A stretch of DNA of 50,179 nt from Myxococcota bacterium (GTDB taxonomy: Bacteria; Myxococcota_A; SURF-8; G963663525): NCBI GenBank assembly GCA_963676915.2, contig CAXXVK010000017.1, positions 1-50,179 on the forward strand, written 5' to 3'. Shown piece by piece: positions 46,160 through 50,179 of this stretch; positions within the stretch are counted from its first letter, which is position 1; every line of letters starts with the position of its first letter. Made by a program: the position numbers and the translations under genes. The notes beneath the pieces were generated by a model that searched no databases, had not been told where the DNA came from, and saw only the letters and a list, made by a program, of their open reading frames with translations.

Positions 46160-47282
46160 TTACTCCGGCATCTAAACAAGCGACATTAGGCCGCTTTGGC
46201 ATATTGAACGAACGTCCCATCGAAGAAGTTGGCGACTTTCCGAGGATTACGTTGGAGGTTTCTCAGATAGGAACGCAGTTTCTTTTGTAGCTCCTCTTTT
46301 CCTTTCGTTGGAGCCTGGGAACTCATATTCTGTTTCACGTCCTGGTTGAGCAATTCGTCCGGGTTCAACTCCGGCGAGTACGACGGGAGGAAAACCAGTT
46401 CCATCGCCTTGGCATGTTTCTCCACCCACGCTTGCACTTTTTTCGCATGATGCACACGTAGGTTGTCCAGAATCAGTACGATTTTTCGATCGGCACCCCG
46501 GATCAGGCGGCGAAGAAAACGCAGGAAAATGTCGACGTTCATTCCGCCCTCGTAGACCATAAACCGCATTTCGCCCTGGTTCGTGATCGTCGACACCATG
46601 CTCGTCGAAAACCTTTTTCCCGGACCGCGGCGAGTCGGTTTGCAGCCCATGGGTGCGTAGCCCTCGACCCCGGTGGTCCGAACTCGACACGCCCGTTTCA
46701 TCGCCCCATAGAATCGTCGCGCCCTCGCGTTTCGCTCGCTTTTTCACTTCCGGATACTCTTCATCCAACCAGCGTTTCACCACCTCCGGCTGCTGCTCGT
46801 ACGCCTTACGGATCGGCTTTTGCGGCGTGAATCCCCAGCGCTTGAGGTACAAACCCATCGTGCGGACCGGAAGTTTTACGCCGTACTCCTGCTCGATCAG
46901 CAGTCCGATGGCTTTTCGGGTCCACAACGCGAACGGCATCTTGAGTTGATCCGGTGTTTTGTCCACAATCAGCTTTTGAATGCGCCGTTCCTGCTCCGGC
47001 GTCAGGCGTCGCTTGTCGCCAAGCATGCGCCCTCGTTTCTTGATGTCCAGCCCGTCAAGTCCCTCTCGGCGATAAACACCCCACCACGCCGTAACGGTCG
47101 TTCGCGAGACCTCCAGCATCTCGGCCACTTTCTGGTGACTCAACCCGGACTCCAACATCCGAACGGCACGATGCCGAAGCTCACGCTGTTCCTTCTGACT
47201 CAGTTTTCTTGCATCGCGATGTTTCATCCCCTGAGTATAGTACAATGCCAATCTCTTGTCGAGTGTTTTAATGCCGGAGTAA
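46160..47282 (-). mobile_element. IS630-family insertion sequence
   Basis: Inverted repeats TTACTCCGGCATCTAAACA / TGTTTTAATGCCGGAGTAA, flanked by TA on both sides (46158-46159, 47283-47284). Confidence 0.92.
46186..47227 (-). pseudogene. IS630 transposase, frameshifted near 46660
   Basis: The HTH part (MKHRDARK...WGDETG) and the DDE part (DNLRVH, YSPELNPDE) are in different frames, with one extra base in CGA-GGG-C-TAC. Confidence 0.85.
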
Positions 47283-47284
47283 TA

Positions 47285-47560
47285 ATAATCCAGCAACTCA
47301 TGGGCGTGAGGACAAAGCCGCCGTTTCATGTTCCAGATCCACGGCGCACCATCAGCGATCCACAACACCTCGCGATCCTTCAGTTTTTCATATCCCGGTG
47401 AGAAGCGAAGCTGATCCTCGAAACGATTTTTGCTCCGTGCATCCGCCAAATACACCCGGTCGGCGGACCCCAGCGCTTCCACGCTCATCAACTTCGTTTC
47501 GTGCCAACCATCCCGGTGGCGCAGCATCGAACCGTCCATCTGGATCATTATTGGATAAGG
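47285..47560 (-). pseudogene. Internal fragment of an ISKra4/ISLre2-like (IS256 superfamily) transposase
   Basis: QMDGSM...WHETK...IADGAPWIWN...LLDYY; cut by IS630 on one side and IS4 on the other. Confidence 0.7.
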
Positions 47561-47565
47561 ATTTT

Positions 47566-48881
47566 CACTACTGTCCGGTTGTTGGTTTGAGAAAATGAGA
47601 TATTCTGTGTAAAATCAATGAGATAAGGTAGATCGTGAGGCGAATCGATTTGAAATGGCTGCTATCATTCGGCAACCCTGACTTCCACGGAGTTGCCGAT
47701 GAACAGTGGTCGAACCGTCTTTTCGCAAGTCATGGACTTTCTGCCGATGCGCGAGTTTCGCCGTTGTGTGGCGCGCTATCGGGGACATTACAAAGTCCAG
47801 TCCTTCACCTGTCTGGATCAATTCTTGAGCATGGCTTTCGCGCAACTGACATATCGCGAAAGCCTACGGGATATCGAAGTCTGTCTGCGCGCCATGCGCT
47901 CCAAACTTTACCACATGGGCTTTCGCGGCAAGGTGTCGAAAAGCACGCTGGCCGACGCCAACGAAAAACGGGACTGGCGCATCTGGGCCGATTGGGCCGA
48001 GGTGCTGATCGCCGAGGCCAGAGGCCTGTTATGCCGGGGAGGATCTCGGGCCGCACCTGGAGCAAACCGTCTACGCGCTGGACTCCACCACGATCGACCT
48101 GTGCCTGTCTCTCTTTCCTTGGGCGCACTTTCGCAAGCGCAAGGGCGCGGTGAAACTGCATACGCTGCTCGATGTACGGGGAAGCATACCCACTCTCGTC
48201 GTGGTGACGCATGGCAAGGTGCACGACGTCAACATCCTCGACGAGATCCCGATGGAGCCAGGCTCCATCTACGTGATGGAGCGCGCCTATGTGGACTTCG
48301 CCCGCCTGTTCGTCATCCATCAAACCTCGGCGCATTACGTGACCCGCGCCAAAAAGGGATTGGATTTCCGACGTCTCTATTCTCATCCGGTGGACAAAAG
48401 CACCGGCCTGATCTGCGATCAGACCATCGTCCTTCGCGGGCATTATTCAAAAAGAGCTATCCAGAGAAACCGCGCCGCATACGCTACGTCGATCCGGAAA
48501 CGGGCAAGCGCTTCATCTTTCTCTCCAACAACTTCGTCCTGCCCGCCTTGAGCATCGACAAATTGTACAAGTATGGCTGGCGAATCGAACTGTTTTTCAA
48601 ATGGCTCAAACAGCATCTACGCATCAAAAGCTTTTTCGGCACGAGCGACAACGCGGTGAAGACACAGGTCATCATCGCCATTTCGGTTTACGTGCTGGTG
48701 GCGATCATCAAGAAACGGCTCGATCTCGACCGGAGCCTCTACACAATTCTACAGATTCTGAGCGTGTCGTTATTCGAGAAGAGCCCCATTTTACAGGCTC
48801 TGACGGGATCGGACGATGAAAACGAAAACAACCCCAACCCTAACCAGCTGGAATTGTTCTGAAAACAACCGGACAGTAGTG
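47566..48881 (+). mobile_element. IS4-family insertion sequence
   Basis: Perfect 18-bp inverted repeats CACTACTGTCCGGTTGTT (47566-47583) / AACAACCGGACAGTAGTG (48864-48881); no target duplication seen. Confidence 0.9.
47693..48862 (+). pseudogene. IS4 transposase (DUF4372 + DDE) with two compensating frameshifts
   Basis: N-terminal FAQLTYRESLRDIE and C-terminal Y..W.IELFFKW.KQ are in frame, but the central LDSTTIDL / VKLHTLLD / HDVN segment is in another frame between ~48028 and ~48452. Confidence 0.85.
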
Positions 48882-48886
48882 ACCAT

Positions 48887-50179
48887 TTATATGTATTTCT
48901 TCCTGCTTCGTACTGCTATCGCCAACAACGCCAGAAGACATCCAGCTAGCCCTTCCGGCCCAGATCCCTGGCAGCCCCCGCATCCGCCGCCATAGTTCAC
49001 AGAATAAATAGCTTCCGGCTCTACGTCTGTCTCCAGCGCTTCAAGCTCGAATTCTCCGCCCGATAATCCCGATTCGACTTCCGAATTCTCCCTGTTCGAC
49101 AGATCCTCGTCGCCCTCGACGGCCTCCCTATCCTTTCCGTCCACCTCCTCCAGCCCCTCCCTCATATCCAAATCGCTATCGGTATCCAATTCGCGATCGG
49201 TATCCAATTCGCGATCGGCATCCAATTCGCTATCGGTATCCAATTCGCTGTCGGCATCCAAATCGCCGTCAGCCACATTGCGTTCTTCCACCAATACAAT
49301 GTAGCCGCCGTCAGGAATGGCTCCGTTGACATCCACCACCTGGATAATCATCATCCCCGACGCCGACGCGGTCCACTCGGCTTCTTCCCTTTCATCCAAC
49401 CCAGCGTCGTTCACCCACGCTTCGCACGCTGCGCTGCCCTCGCAGTCCGACCATATGGCAAACCCCAGGTCCACCCCTGTGCTACCAGCCAGCTCCATTG
49501 TCACAACGTACGTTCTCCCGTCTGCCACGGCGGCCTTGTAAAACGCGTCCACACCCAGGACCGAATCGCCGTCCGTACACGTAACGGGAACCGTTTGATC
49601 CGCGTGATAGCCGGCGATGTCCGCCTCCATGGCTTGGCCAAGCGTTAAAAGCCGGGCACTCAGACATCCGTCGTTGTCCGGAATTTCCTCGCACACGCTG
49701 TCGAAGCACGCCCATCCTTGCCCGCATGGCGTTCCGTCCGGCAGAGCCTCATGGACGCAACCTGCCACGCCAGCACTGTAACAAGCGTCCGTGGTGCAGT
49801 CGTTGGCGTCGTCGCAAAGCTCACCCTCATAGATTTCCTCGTCGATTTGCCTGTCGCAATCGTTATCTAGATCGTCGCAGCGTTCAGTCGAGGGGCAAAC
49901 CGACCCAAGACAGTCGCTCCATTGGCCGGCCACGCACCAGCGATGGCCCACCGCGCAGATCCCGTCGCCCGGAACGCCCGCCTCGCAGGCGAAACACTCC
50001 TCTGAGACCGTATTGTCCGGATGGTTCGACCACGCATTGCGGTTTTGAACGCTGTTACAGAATCGGCACTCGTTGAGAGGGTCGCTCTCTCCATCTTCGT
50101 AGCAGGCGAAGCCTACAAGGCAGGTATCCGCTTCAACTTCATGCACGCATGCGTTGCTGCCGTCGCAGATATCCAGCGT
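48887..50179 (-). CDS. Cys-rich surface protein with MYXO-CTERM-like tail (partial, 5' end outside the window)
   Basis: Frame is open to the window edge. CDDLDNDCD..IDE and CDD.NDCT.D.C motifs, acidic linker, and C-terminal GGGCGGC + hydrophobic helix + RSRKK. Confidence 0.8.
   Translation of the reverse strand, partial: TLDICDGSNACVHEVEADTCLVGFACYEDGESDPLNECRFCNSVQNRNAWSNHPDNTVSEECFACEAGVPGDGICAVGHRWCVAGQWSDCLGSVCPSTERCDDLDNDCDRQIDEEIYEGELCDDANDCTTDACYSAGVAGCVHEALPDGTPCGQGWACFDSVCEEIPDNDGCLSARLLTLGQAMEADIAGYHADQTVPVTCTDGDSVLGVDAFYKAAVADGRTYVVTMELAGSTGVDLGFAIWSDCEGSAACEAWVNDAGLDEREEAEWTASASGMMIIQVVDVNGAIPDGGYIVLVEERNVADGDLDADSELDTDSELDADRELDTDRELDTDSDLDMREGLEEVDGKDREAVEGDEDLSNRENSEVESGLSGGEFELEALETDVEPEAIYSVNYGGGCGGCQGSGPEGLAGCLLALLAIAVRSRKKYI
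49166..49270. repeat. 18-bp coding tandem repeat (~6 copies)
   Basis: ATCCAA(T/A)TCGC..TCGG. units start at 49166, 49184, 49202, 49220, 49238 and 49256; they encode D(A/T)D(S/R)EL. Confidence 0.9.

Noticed and set aside
44742-46189. Short ORFs (114, 121, 102 and 89 aa)
   Set aside because: No recognisable motifs and weak starts in overlapping frames; at most gene remnants.
46640-46680. Programmed -1 frameshift in IS630
   Set aside because: The shift needed is +1 and no A-rich slippery heptamer is present; a mutation or sequencing error is more likely.
46247-47548. 433-aa ORF as a single novel transposase
   Set aside because: It is a chance read-through from one transposase fragment across the IS630 inverted repeat, with an out-of-frame tail.
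49166-49270. Possible CRISPR array
   Set aside because: The 18-bp units are contiguous with no unique spacers, keep the reading frame and encode a D/E-rich linker; no cas genes are present.

Overview
The window has two parts. Positions 1-28704 are core chromosome, probably from a deltaproteobacterial/Myxococcota-like organism (inferred from the mevalonate genes, D/E-rich lipoproteins and a MYXO-CTERM-like tail). This part holds a polyamine operon (pdaD-like 3' end, speE, speB), a stand-alone ThDP enzyme, a lower mevalonate operon (fni-mvk-mvaD-pmk), mfd, a ~165-bp MITE, a GNAT gene, lysS-lolC/E-lolC/E-lolD-bamA, a lipoprotein gene, yfgM-bamB, tRNA-Val(GAC), infC-rpmI-rplT-ihfA and tRNA-Pro(GGG). 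From 28657 onward, mobile elements have accumulated at tRNA-Pro. Element 1 (28657-40966, ~12.3 kb) is complete, bounded by a 48-bp direct repeat of the tRNA 3' part, and resembles a capsid-less phage satellite. It carries an AlpA/Xis gene, a primase-polymerase/SF3 helicase, a candidate iteron origin and a tyrosine integrase with matching arm-type repeats at both ends. Its cargo contains two candidate defence modules: a DUF262-HNH nuclease coupled to a stand-alone HEAGH metallopeptidase, and higB / higA::ImmA / P4-beta-like genes facing an sce7726-like nuclease gene. It also carries a LamG lipoprotein gene behind a strongly structured leader that could sequester the ribosome-binding site. Element 2 begins at ~40967 with a second integrase, an apparently deleted repressor/excisionase switch and a 537-aa protein with a C-terminal HTH. 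It is followed by IS debris (IS630, an ISKra4/ISLre2-like fragment, IS4) and the 3' part of a Cys-rich surface-protein gene. All assignments come from reading motifs by eye; no database searches were run.
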